A stretch of 64,000 nt of DNA from Trichoplax sp. H2. Lineage: Eukaryota. The stretch is from positions 62,001 through 126,000 of the forward strand of contig NOWV01000204.1 of the NCBI GenBank assembly GCA_003344405.1, written 5' to 3'. The first letter of the stretch is position 1; every line of letters begins with the position of its first letter. Shown here piece after piece: positions 53,501 to 64,000 of this stretch. The position numbers and the translations under genes are program-made. The notes beneath the pieces were generated by a model. The model did no database searches and was not told the DNA's origin. It saw only the letters and a list, made by a program, of their open reading frames with translations.

Positions 53501-53972
53501 GTGACTTGGGTGATAATAAATTAATTAATTGTAGAAAAATGAAAATAAATGCGGATTTTGTGGCTGTCAGTGCGCCAGTGTGGAAGAATTTTCAACGCAT
53601 GTTAATGGGGCTCATCTATGTTTTAATTCTGAAATCAAGGAGATTCAACTTCCCGCTAAAGAACATTGGAACCTATCACTGTATGTCACGTACCTGAAAT
53701 GCTTTGATGTACTGTACCCATAGTGGGAAAAATATCTATTTGAATGCTTTCGTCGATGCAAGTACAGTACTGCTCCAATTTTGTTATTTTGGAGTATTAC
53801 TGTACATCGTAAGCTAGCATTAAGTTACTTTTCTTTGGTTGCTATTGCCGGGCGGCATCATTACTAAATTGTTTTAATTTGAATTATCTGTAGATTTTTG
53901 TTCCCAGTCATTGAAGATGATCCATTGCTATGTATATTAGAAGATGAATCCACTGATTGTTCGCCATTGTGA
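50547..53972 (+). CDS. ZNF277: Zinc finger protein 277 (C2H2), 13 coding exons
   Basis: Exon 1 50547-50677 (MDDGKIPCLLCNQLF..VADLSR), 51508-51581 (YLKYWKDR), 51678-51748, 52006-52097 (QQERER..CLFC), 52233-52297 (LNHMNEEHAFNLGLPDNL), 52430-52475, 52577-52709 (CLYCERTFRDSTTLKDHMRKKRHRKIN..YDKFYIINYL), further exons (GLNIYEQIKLINYLR), last exon FLFPVIEDDPLLC, TGA at 53970-53972. Confidence 0.93.
50720..51460 (-). pseudogene. Ankyrin-repeat gene relic, antisense within ZNF277 intron 1
   Basis: Minus-strand fragments: VMYELCDMWHNNIASC (~51395-51445), DLSKLLHQYYSNHTI (~51077-51122), HGASTSIIGQHEITWLARRTEASHDESI (~50951-51034; ungapped fit to HGADVNARDKDGNTPLHLAAENGHLEIV), LLRKHGSN (50821-50844), LAGSNG (~50747-50764). 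Stops and frameshifts lie between them. Confidence 0.5.
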
Positions 53973-54782
53973 TTGTATAAACGATAGACTATAGTCTTTA
54001 CGGAAATAACTCTAGATTAACGTTTGCTATAGTTGAGTACGAACTCACACGTTCATATGTATATACATGCACACTATGAAGCTTACGAAGAGAGGATAAA
54101 TTATCTTCCACACCGTTAGTTAAAACAGTTTTTACATTTTTATTTCAATCTTTACTACCCATCTATTTATTTGCTAGACTTAAATGGTTGTTTCTTATAT
54201 TAATCGGTTAGCAGCTATTTAAAAATTTTTTATGTTGACGTGATGCAAGGTTAATTGCTATCAAATTGTAAGGCCTAAAAAGTTGTAACTATATGATTAA
54301 TAACAATGCTGCTGTCGATATAAGATGTAATTGATGTGATTACACTGTACCTGTACATATTGTTTAAAATTAATTAGTTAAGTACGGTATGCCAGTCAAT
54401 GACTACAAGCCATTGCTATAAAGTTGCAGAATGAATTTGGCTTAATAAAAATAGAAAATTAAAATTGCAAATGCTCTGCATATATACAGTAAAAGAAATT
54501 TCTGCGATACTATGTTATTAGTATTTCAGGTACACAGCACATTTTTTAAAATTGTAATTTGTAGCAGTTCAATTTTGTTTTCGAATTACAGCGATACTAT
54601 ATAACGCATTACCGCATGGGTGTGCAGTAAACGGGTATCACACGTATATACAAAATCAAAGTAAATTATTGTATTGCTAATCTGCCAAATCAGCATCGCA
54701 TTACAAAGGGTAGAAAACGAGATACAGCACAAATAATTGTAAATAAAAGATACTATTACGATATCGTCATTCCAGAATAACT

Positions 54783-57700
54783 TTATTTCCTCCCCCAAAA
54801 ATTCTCCTTTCTTTGTTTAGATCTTTCTAGTACATCAGAAGCATAAGAACTAGCCATAGAGGAAACTGACTCTCGATCATCCAATAAACGGTTTTTTAAT
54901 TTAGAAATTCGGTCTGAAATTTCTGCTATATTGCCGTCATGGGGATTATTATCGCCAGTATTTCGATGAGAATTCGAATAATATCCTCTGTCTGTACTGT
55001 TTTCATTAGCAGCAACATTACCATTTTCATTGCGCTTAACGATTGTAGTTGCATTCTGGCCAAATTTTCGTCTCAGATTGGATGATTTTGGCGGCCTTAT
55101 ATTTGAATCCGAAGTTAAATTGCGATTTTCTTTCGTCGCTTCGTTCTTGTGGTTAGCAAATCCGACAGTTGTTTTAGCTTTACTGTAGGTATCCACATTT
55201 TTTAAATTTCCTTTATATTCCTTATTTAATCCATCTACATAAAATTGAATTATTATCAATTAAATAGTTTAGATATCAAACGAGTTGTGTTGATGTTATA
55301 GTGAGTTGAAATGATTAAATTAGTTAATATGATGTATGAAGCTTATACGTAGATTCTTAATTTAAATAAAACATTGCATATGTGATAATATTTACAGTTG
55401 CCACTATGCAGCGTATTACCGGAGTTTGATTTTGTAGTTACGAAACCATTCGTTTGCTCATGGTCATGACTCTTACTCTTCGGTTCATATGCTTTGTTAT
55501 CAATGGGATTTCTTCTTTCGACAATAGTATTACTTCCTAATTTCTCAAATTGGTCATTCCCATTCCCTTGTCCAGCTTCAATATTTCCATTACCAGGCCT
55601 TTCACTCAAAGTTTCTTCATCGTCGTAATCCTCATCAGCTTTGTTACTTTCTTCAGTTTCGTTTTCGTTCGCTTCGACGGTCCAGGCTTCCTTTGGCTGG
55701 GAAGGAGGCAATTGCTGTACTTGTGACACCTTCTACGAATAATATTAATTTTTATCAAATTACAGCATCAAAAGATGGAAATAAGGTAGATGTGAAATAA
55801 CAATAGTACCTTTGAAGTTGTTGAGTAACTACCACGTTCATTTGTAGTGCGATTTTCTCTCCCTGATCTAGAAGTATCTGATGCAGGTTCCCAAAGATCT
55901 TCTTGTTCCATTTCCATTACCAATAGATTCTTTCTTGTAAAGAATGTTCCCTGCTGCGATCTTTCACGAAACAGTTGAACCTTTTCACGCAGTTCCAAAA
56001 TCTAATTATGACATTAACAATAAATACATCGTCAAAATTAACTAAGAATACGATCCATGATTATTCGCAGTCGTAAATACTTATAAGTTGCCAAGCTATC
56101 TCAAATACCTGTTTATACCACGATGGTGTACCATCAGGAGAAATCACAGGAGAATTATCATCATCCTGGATATATAAATCATAGAAATACGTAAGCAAAT
56201 AGCTACAGTAAAATTAATATTTTAACATTTCTGTAAAAGAAATCAACTTAGACCAAGCTTCAAGAGGAAGTCTAAATTAAACATGCCTTAATTTTGGTTA
56301 TATTCTTATCAGTGATTCGCTCTTTCGGAACGTAAGAACCTCCTCTGTATGCCATTAGGAAGGGTGCCTTAAAGTGTTCTTGATATTCCGTTGTAAATTT
56401 CCTAAATAGAAAATTAGATCATTTTAAGAATCGCTAAGGTAGTCACTAGTAAATCCTTTAATCTTAATGCTATACTTTCGTCTTCGATGAGGGAAGAAAG
56501 GTCGATCTGGATTTTCAGATTGATCTAAACGTTCCATATAATCAGATATTTTGTCTTTATAACCAGATGCTTTAATATCTATTTTATTTTAAAAGAATAA
56601 ATAAATTAATCTGGCAGATAGTATAAAAGAGATTGAATTGAAAAGATTACCTTCAGATTTCTCTTTCTATTGCAATTGTGGTAAAAAAATAGTAATTGGT
56701 TTGAGTAATCAAGAAAATGGAATTAATTTATAAATAATAATACGTAGAATCATTAAGTCTTAAGTGATTAGATTGCATAGACAAAATAATCATATAAATA
56801 CGATTATACCTTATTATAATAGTCTCCATCTAGAATACTTTTCGTAGTATCTAAGCTGCTTTCCGATCGTTCATCGATAGAGCGGCTAGGACGTGCCAAC
56901 CTTGATGATTGATCTTGCGCGGCTGGTTTAGTAGACTGCTGCATGGATTGCCTCCAATCCTGATACTGTCTTTGATATTCAGATTTTACGTTAGGCCTTG
57001 GGCCCATATCAACCTTAACAGGCGCTAGAAAAAGCAGAGAATATCGTAGATTGTTAAAACATGTATCATAGGTTATTACCCTTTGTAAAATATTGCATAA
57101 AGCACTAGTGGTCTAACCAATATCAGTACTCGATTTGAAGATGGTATTATCTGCGGCAATAATTGGTGATGCTCTTTCCGGTAATTTTTTCCAATCGTAT
57201 TGCCTCTGATACTCAGATTTGCCATAAGCTAATCTAGGAGGATTAGTAGGGCGTAAACCAGCTTTGTATTGTAATGCTTTGCTACCAATCTTATCCTGCA
57301 AAAAATCGAAAATGTCAGTTCAGTATTAAATCCTTACATTAGTATGTTATGATGTTACCTTATCATTAGAATAGGCTAATAGTATAATAGTAGCTAATAT
57401 TTATACTTGTAATGCCTTAACGCGAGTATTATTTGTGAAACGCTGTTACGTATTTGATATTGATTGTTATTGTGTGTAGGTAGCAAGAAGATAATTCAAG
57501 TTGTAGCTCATGATAGTTGGATAAGATAGTAATTATGCTGAGATTAAGTTGAAATATGTATTTACTAATGGAATAACTATGTTAGGAATATTTCAGTTCG
57601 AGATATCTTCCATAGTAAGGTATAATAATATAATTACAATGTAGTTGTTTACAAATTAGACAGTTCTTTATATAAAGTGAATCATTCGAGTAAGAAAGTA

Positions 57701-59241
57701 CTGTATTGTGAATAACTGTGCCAATACAAGTTCTACCTTTACGATACGATACTGCATGTGCGTTTGATGTTTTAAAGCGTTTAAGCTAGTAGGTTAATTA
57801 TTGACTTTTACTTTATGTTCCCTTATCGCAGAGTTAATTTATAATATATTACTATTTATTTCAAATTTTTTAGGCTATACTGGATTAAAACATCAAGTGT
57901 AAGAAGAATCTAATGTAACAACAGAATATTATGTCCTTACGCCAATGTCTACGACAGAAATGAAAAGTTTACATTTCATCTAAGATTAGGTCAGAAATTA
58001 TTAATAATAACTTGTTGATATGATGCTATCCAAAATAATAATGACGTAAATATAATACGAGCAGCTTACTTCATCTTTGATGGCTGCTTTTTGTCTCACT
58101 TCTTGAACAAGACTTTGTGGAGTATCATCTGGAGCAGTGTAGGGTCTGGCTTGATTGATCTTATTATTTGCTTCTTGATACTTTAATGATTCACCAGCAG
58201 AATCGGGATGCTTTAAAGTAAAATGAAGTAATTCATCAAAGTATATCAAGGTTAACTAGTTCTATATGAACTGACAACACTAGCAATCGTATTTATGTTT
58301 ACATCAACAACATCCGTCAGACTGATAGCAACAGCTAAAGTGTACTATCAACAGATAAATATCTCAGTATTTAACTGGCTACTATGAGATAAGATTGTAG
58401 TAATGAATCTTTACTACGACTACGATAATACAACTTGCGCCTAAACGAAATGCTGTAGGCGTATATCATCAAGACGTTGGTTTCAAAGCATAAAATGGGA
58501 AACAATTTTCAATCTTATTTATTTGTACTTTCTATACTATATTTCTTAGAATCATATGCCATCGTCGCTACCTGAATAGTAACTCTTTTTTTCCTCTGCA
58601 ATGGTGGCTCTCTAGCGGTTGATGATTCCTCCGATGGGATTCCTGCCGTGCTTGACTTCTCGACGGTTGGTCTATCTTGAAAGTTTGCAGCTTGATTCTG
58701 TGATGGAAAAACTGCACTTTACTTTGGCCTTCCTTCCACAGTTTACCGATGCTGTAAGCTATTCCAATGATTAACACTACAGTAACACTACTACAGTAGT
58801 AGTCGATAGTTTTTATCCACTATGAAAGTACTGGCTTTAACTTGTACAAAAAAGCAAAGGATGGAAATTGGCATAAAGCTTATGCTACTGTATAGTAGAA
58901 ATAATTGGAATGTTACCCTAGTTTGTCCTTGAGACTTACTGTAACTTTATTACAGTATAATAGTCGGATTTTTGCAATAGAGAAAGAATTTTTTATGTAT
59001 AGCAGTATTGTAAGACTGATAACAAATAGAGTATTTCTAAAGGGCAATATGTATGCAAACGGAAGAGTAAACTCAATAAGCAATTAGTGCAAGTCTTTAT
59101 TGTAACGATGCATATCTACGATCACTTAGGCTAAAGGAATGTAATCCTGGAAGATATCCTACTCAGCTTGCATCCTTTTAACAGTGTTCTATTCCTGTAT
59201 GGATTTAATTCGAAATGGCCTACCTCAAATCTAACAGGCAT
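54783..59241 (-). CDS. MDM1: Nuclear protein MDM1 (centriolar microtubule-binding, SEYQRQ repeats)
   Basis: Exon 1 59224-59241 MPVRFE (human MPVRFK). AGIPSEE..EPPLQRKKRV (~58572-58697). KAGL..KSEYQRQYDWKK (57118-57296). KSEYQRQYQDW. TEYQEHFKAP. WYKQ|ILELREKVQLFRER..GTFF. C-terminus SSYASDVLERSKQRKENFWGRK*, stop at 54783. Confidence 0.9.
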
Positions 59242-59669
59242 GTTGAGTTACACCAAATTCAGTACTACTATTAGTATTGCTGTTATCTTTGGCTTAAAAG
59301 TTGGATGTCAATGGATTTATTGAAACCAATTGTGACGAGATTCTGCAGACCAGGATAATATTTTTCTTCTTATTTTGCACGGTGGGTAACTTTCTATCTA
59401 CCCTGGCTTTCTACAATGCTCAGTAGGACCTATACATCCATACAATTAATCATTGTCGCTATTAATTCATTGCTAAAATGAACAAGTTGTTGTAACGTTG
59501 CGCAACTATTGTCACATTGACATGAATGGAAAATTGTAATCATAATTCATTTCTAGCTTTGGCATAAGGTCATTTTCATGATACTCTAACGTGGATCTCT
59601 GAATGTATCGTAGTTTCAATTTTTCAAAAAGTCTTGTAATTTATTCAACATACTGTCCTAATACTGTAG

Positions 59670-61150
59670 AAGGTAAGATTGACTAAATATGGCCTATTTA
59701 AACTCTCTATATAATAAGCAAGTACTGGTCTATCAAGTCTATTTAAGATTGAGCTAAGATGAACGAATAGAACTAAACGTTGATTTCATCCTACTTAGCC
59801 TGTATTTCTACCAATACGAATGTACCATATCATGCTGATTATTGCAACGAGTAATGTAGAATAGCATACCATTGATAAAATAGGGGCTGTATCAGATGTC
59901 TTTGATGGAGAAGCAGTGTAATCTTCTATCGGACGACAACTAGATGGAGTTCCTGACAGGTTAATAATAATTTTTTGGGCAATTCATCAATTTTTCTATT
60001 TGTACTGAAGTATTTACAGTTAATAATTCAATTTAAATTGAATTTAGGCAGTGTTTTGAAATTTGCAGTCGTGATGGTAGCACAGAGTGCAGTGTACTGT
60101 ACTGTGCAGTCTGTACTGTAGTCGATGCACTCTGTACTGTAGTACACAGTACAGTACATATACTGTGTAACACAATACTATATACTGTACTGTAAAGTAC
60201 GGTACTGGACCGGACTGCTACAGTGCACAGTGTACAGTGAACAATGCACAGTGTAGCCACTGTACTGTAAGTACCCACATTTAAACTCCCCAACCTGCAA
60301 AGCATCCGTTAAAAATCGGTTTGACATTGCGCGGGAATTGGTCTAACTGACTGAGAGGTACAGTACAGTGAGTCCAGCCAGGGTCAGTCTGTAGCTCAAT
60401 CATTTGTAGCTTCCATAAGGCCTTCAAAGTACCTTTAAAATGGTGCTCGGTAACTTGCTCTCTCATGCTCATGGGCCTGCTGCTGCTATGGATACTTTTA
60501 TTTAATTTATACCTTTACTGTAGGGACAAGTGCTTTGTTTTCTCTATCATTGAAAGCACGGCTAAATTGACTTTTGATAATCAATATTTTTTTATAAATA
60601 GGAAAAAAGATGATTGACATAATTAGATTACTTGGTCCACGATACTCAGTCGGACTGGCTACTACTGCCATGTCTTGCATTGGAGCACAAACTTTACCCA
60701 TTCAAAATTCCAACAGATGATCCACTCATGGAAGGGTGTAATAGAGAGTACACAGTAAATAATCCTGCTGAAACGGCTGGTATACAGTATACCTTCAATC
60801 CACCTGACCAAACAGATTTGCTCCATTGGAACGAAACTAGTACAATCACCCGTCGCCTTGTTGACAGATTACTATAGTATACGGAATAGGGAAGTTATTT
60901 CTCGAATGGTGGCATGGTCGATGAATTCTATTATTTTCATCAATTAACCTACATTTTCCAGAAAGGACAAAGCCTAGATTGTATAATACACTATTATACT
61001 CGCGACGACGATATCATCAATGGATAGCTTTCTAAAACTAATAAAAGCTAATTGGCAATAGTAAACGTTTTAGAGGAAAAGCAACGTTTCGTATGACATA
61101 TCAGGATATGTTACATTATGACCAACGAAGCAATTGTTGCTATTGATAGT
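59670..61150 (+). pseudogene. Matrix metalloproteinase (matrixin) relic
   Basis: Collinear motifs: LTKYGL (59679-59696), frameshifted cysteine switch TR/GVPD (59939-59957), WSN*LRGTVQ*VQPG..SSIICSF (~60339-60413), GNLLSHAHGP (~60449-60478), GLATTAMSCIG where HExGH is expected (~60652-60685), DDPLM (Met-turn), AGIQYTFNPP (~60776-60805, cf. AGIQSLYGPP), then hemopexin-like IRNREVI..W. Confidence 0.6.
60075..60275. repeat. (TACTG/TACAG/TGCAC)-rich low-complexity tract
   Basis: GTACTGTACTGTG, TACACAGTACAGTAC and TACTGTACTGTA runs, using the same vocabulary as 49510-49960. Confidence 0.9.
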
Positions 61151-61649
61151 GAATGAATTATATTATACTGTACAGTCTAGAACATGATTAGTCAATAATG
61201 AATGAATACTTTGAAATAACCTACTGTTGATTAGGTTATATACAGCATGCTATGCTAGACGTATCATTTTATTGGGCGTGTAGTTAATACTGCGACAGTC
61301 GAAAATGTGATATAAAATGGAAACTATTGAGTTAATTTACATCAGATTAAATTCTTAACAATTTTACACAATACTAAACGTATCACGTTACCATCCGATA
61401 GCATGTCAGTGCCAGAATAAGATTCTGAATATCTACAATTTAGGGTAGTTCGTCTATTTTGAAATGCTCCTGGTAAGCATTCTTCCGTGATTTTCGCTTG
61501 ACTTTATAAGATACCTAGCGTGATAGGCACAATCATTATTAACGTCATGTTACCAAAAGAAAAAGTAAACGAATTCATCAGATATTGACGGAGTTCAAAA
61601 GAGAAACTGAGTTCTCGTATATTGCTCGAATAGAGATTGAAAGTAACTG

Positions 61650-64000
61650 TATAAGGAGAAGTAACCTAGTTATTACAGCCACACTGGAGATATTCACCAA
61701 TCTTTACCACAACGGAGGGTTGTAACAAATGCACGTGTAAAAAAAAGTGAGAAATGATCATTCCTTGCGCTACAAAGGTGCCGTAGGCTAGGCTCTACGA
61801 TGTACATTACTCTAGCCGGTAGCGTATCCGTTAATCATTATGCAGAGAACCAATCCCAGGATTGGCCAATTTCGTGCTTTGCCGCTATGATAAAGTGTCT
61901 TTTCAAAATAAAACAACAATTACAGTTGCTTGTAAACTTTATTACATGCATTCGGTTCGTCTCACAACTATCAAAGTCACAAGATTAAGGTTTTTAATCT
62001 TAGACATATTTGGCCTGTATGACAGTCTTACATCGATTTGAAATCAAAAATATGTGTATGTATATGTACCTTGCTAAAACAGCTTTTATGATTGATTGTA
62101 CTGTATATGCCACTTTCGTAGAATGAACTATACAGTACAGTAGAAGCTGTTTCAGCCACGCACAGTATTCATAACTGTTAACGGATATTGAATTGGCCAA
62201 TTGTACATTATTTGGCAGTTTGATATACGCCACATCCGACATTGAATCAACGCAATATCATACCTCTGTTAACACAGAGACTCGGCAGTTGAATGCAATT
62301 TTACAAGTAAGGTGTAGAAGGACCGTATTTTCTCATTATTCCAACCGATCTTAAAACAATCAGTTACCTATCCGCCATTGTAAAGCCTCGCTCTATTGAA
62401 CAGCTCGTGTCTGAATTTTTTTATTGCCAATCCTTCTCGAAATGTTGAATACGAGTCAATCTCGTTTTCATCGATCATTTAGTGAAACCGTACTTGACAA
62501 CATTGCCAGCCCTTTCATTATTACTAAGTAGGTGATTACAATAAGATTATGGTAAACAATTTTTAATTACCTTTATTGCATAGTGGATTGCAGGATGTAG
62601 GTTAAGAAATTGAAGACTTTAATTTAATTGATTGATTTCCTCTTCCGCCACCAATAAAAAATAATATTCATTGTCAGAAAGTCTATTCAGGAGCTACTAA
62701 ATACAATTTTACGGTAGTACATGAGTACAGCACCGGAATATATCCATTAATAAAAAATGCGAATTCAATACGCACTAACCGCCTACTTGGTATTTTTGTT
62801 TTGTAATTGCTTTTCGTGTATAACAAAAGTGTGAAGTGCTTAATTATATAGTATTTATTTACTTCGACGCTTACAGCGTCTGAATTAACTTCCTCTATTT
62901 TACGTGTGGGATAACAATGTACAGTATTTGTGATGCGAATGAGTATTGTCTAGATTTAGCAAACCAGACAGTCCAGATAATATGTCGAATCAGAAGACGC
63001 ATCAAGAATATCAAATAAATCGTTTCCATTTATTTGAATTGACAAACGTCTTTTACCACGCATTAAATGTCTGATAATTTCATATGAAACCCCTGTAAAG
63101 TAATTGGCTAAGATATATTCCGTAAAAACAAACAACCAATTAGTTGAATGAAATTTTTATACACATGTAAATCGTAGTGTCGCATTGGCTTAAAATGAAA
63201 AGTAACGAATCGCAAGAAAACTGACCACTAGGACAAGTGTTAGACTACGGAGATAAAGCCGCTGAAGAAGTACTGTCTCTCTTGGATGTTATAACCATTC
63301 TAACTCCTTCATCGCTGTTTATCAAATATGTATATTACGCAACGAATACGCTAAAATATTATTCCGTTCATCCCTTTGATTAGCCCATTTGTCACGGGTA
63401 TAAGTTAAATAACTTTAGTGGAGATAGAAAGCGGCAGCTAAAGTTAATTTATAACAACTTTCTGGATCATAGTTCTCTATGAATCTGCAAAATACTTTGT
63501 TGTAATAGCCTACTAACCTCTATGTAGTGGTAGCATACGTTAACGGTAGATGCGAAAAACGTAAAGCTAGTCTGATAGTCTTTATTTCACATTTTATAAT
63601 AGTCTCCTAGAAGTTATAACAAATTTTGTAATAGTTACAACATTTGAACGAAACGCAGCAGTATCCACGAGTAACCCAACACGATACGAAATTTGTTTCG
63701 TGATATCTTTGCTTATGTTTTGCACGTTAATATAATAGTTATTGTTAAGGTATTTAAAACAGCTATTGTATCGAAATATGGACACAGTACATTTATTCTA
63801 GACTTGAAGGAGCATATCTTTAATATGCCTTTTGGGATATTGTTTTACGATATTGTAGAATTTTCCTTATATTAGTAAAAACACAATTGCCCTGTGTGTA
63901 AGAAATAAAAACAAGAAAGATTACTTTAATTCTGAATTGGTAGCAGTTACATTAAAAGTTACATTGTCTTACCTTTGATGCTGCAGAATTTATGCAGTTT
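61650..64000 (-). pseudogene. Degenerate CUB-domain + trypsin-like (S1) serine protease relic, probably continuing beyond the right edge
   Basis: Order on the minus strand: YTYLINSDEGVRMVIT (~63290-63337, CUB N-half), GVSYEIIRHLMRGK..SIQINGNDLF..DASSDS (~62985-63090, CUB C-half), RLV....A...G.IP (~62735-62780), FIGGG (~62645-62660), RLTRIQH (~62445-62465), SDVAYIKLPNNVQLANSI (62186-62239, cf. DIALIKL..PV.L..I), LVNISS (~61683-61700). Many stops; no intact TAAHC or GDSGGP. Confidence 0.4.

Noticed and set aside
60466..60617. Signal-peptide-like MLMGLLLLWILL ORF
   Set aside because: Alternative frame of the MMP relic segment GNLLSHAHGP; it ends after ~50 codons.

Overview
AT-rich, intron-dense eukaryotic DNA from an animal. 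The many ~70-130 nt GT-AG introns and the gene content suggest an early-branching lineage such as a placozoan, but that is inference. Four intact multi-exon genes can be rebuilt by hand: (1) the 5' part of a dystrophin/utrophin-like gene (minus strand, ~25.1 kb running off the left edge; two CH domains plus spectrin repeats), (2) adenylate kinase 9 (minus, 39641-48948), (3) ZNF277 (plus, 50547-53972) and (4) MDM1 (minus, 54783-59241). About 21-38 kb is largely degenerate 90-190 bp tandem arrays. The most unexpected signal is that much apparently non-coding DNA translates into collinear, frameshifted relics of other genes: several MFSD1-like transporter relics nested on the SAME strand in three large dystrophin introns, an ankyrin-repeat relic antisense in ZNF277 intron 1, an MMP relic next to MDM1, and a CUB + trypsin-like relic at the right end. 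There is also an RFX X-box upstream of AK9, two (TACAG/CTGTA)-rich tracts near gene 5' ends, and a ~145 nt hairpin. No prokaryotic systems, CRISPR arrays, rRNA or credible tRNA were seen. All homology calls come from manual translation compared with remembered human sequences; no database search was run.
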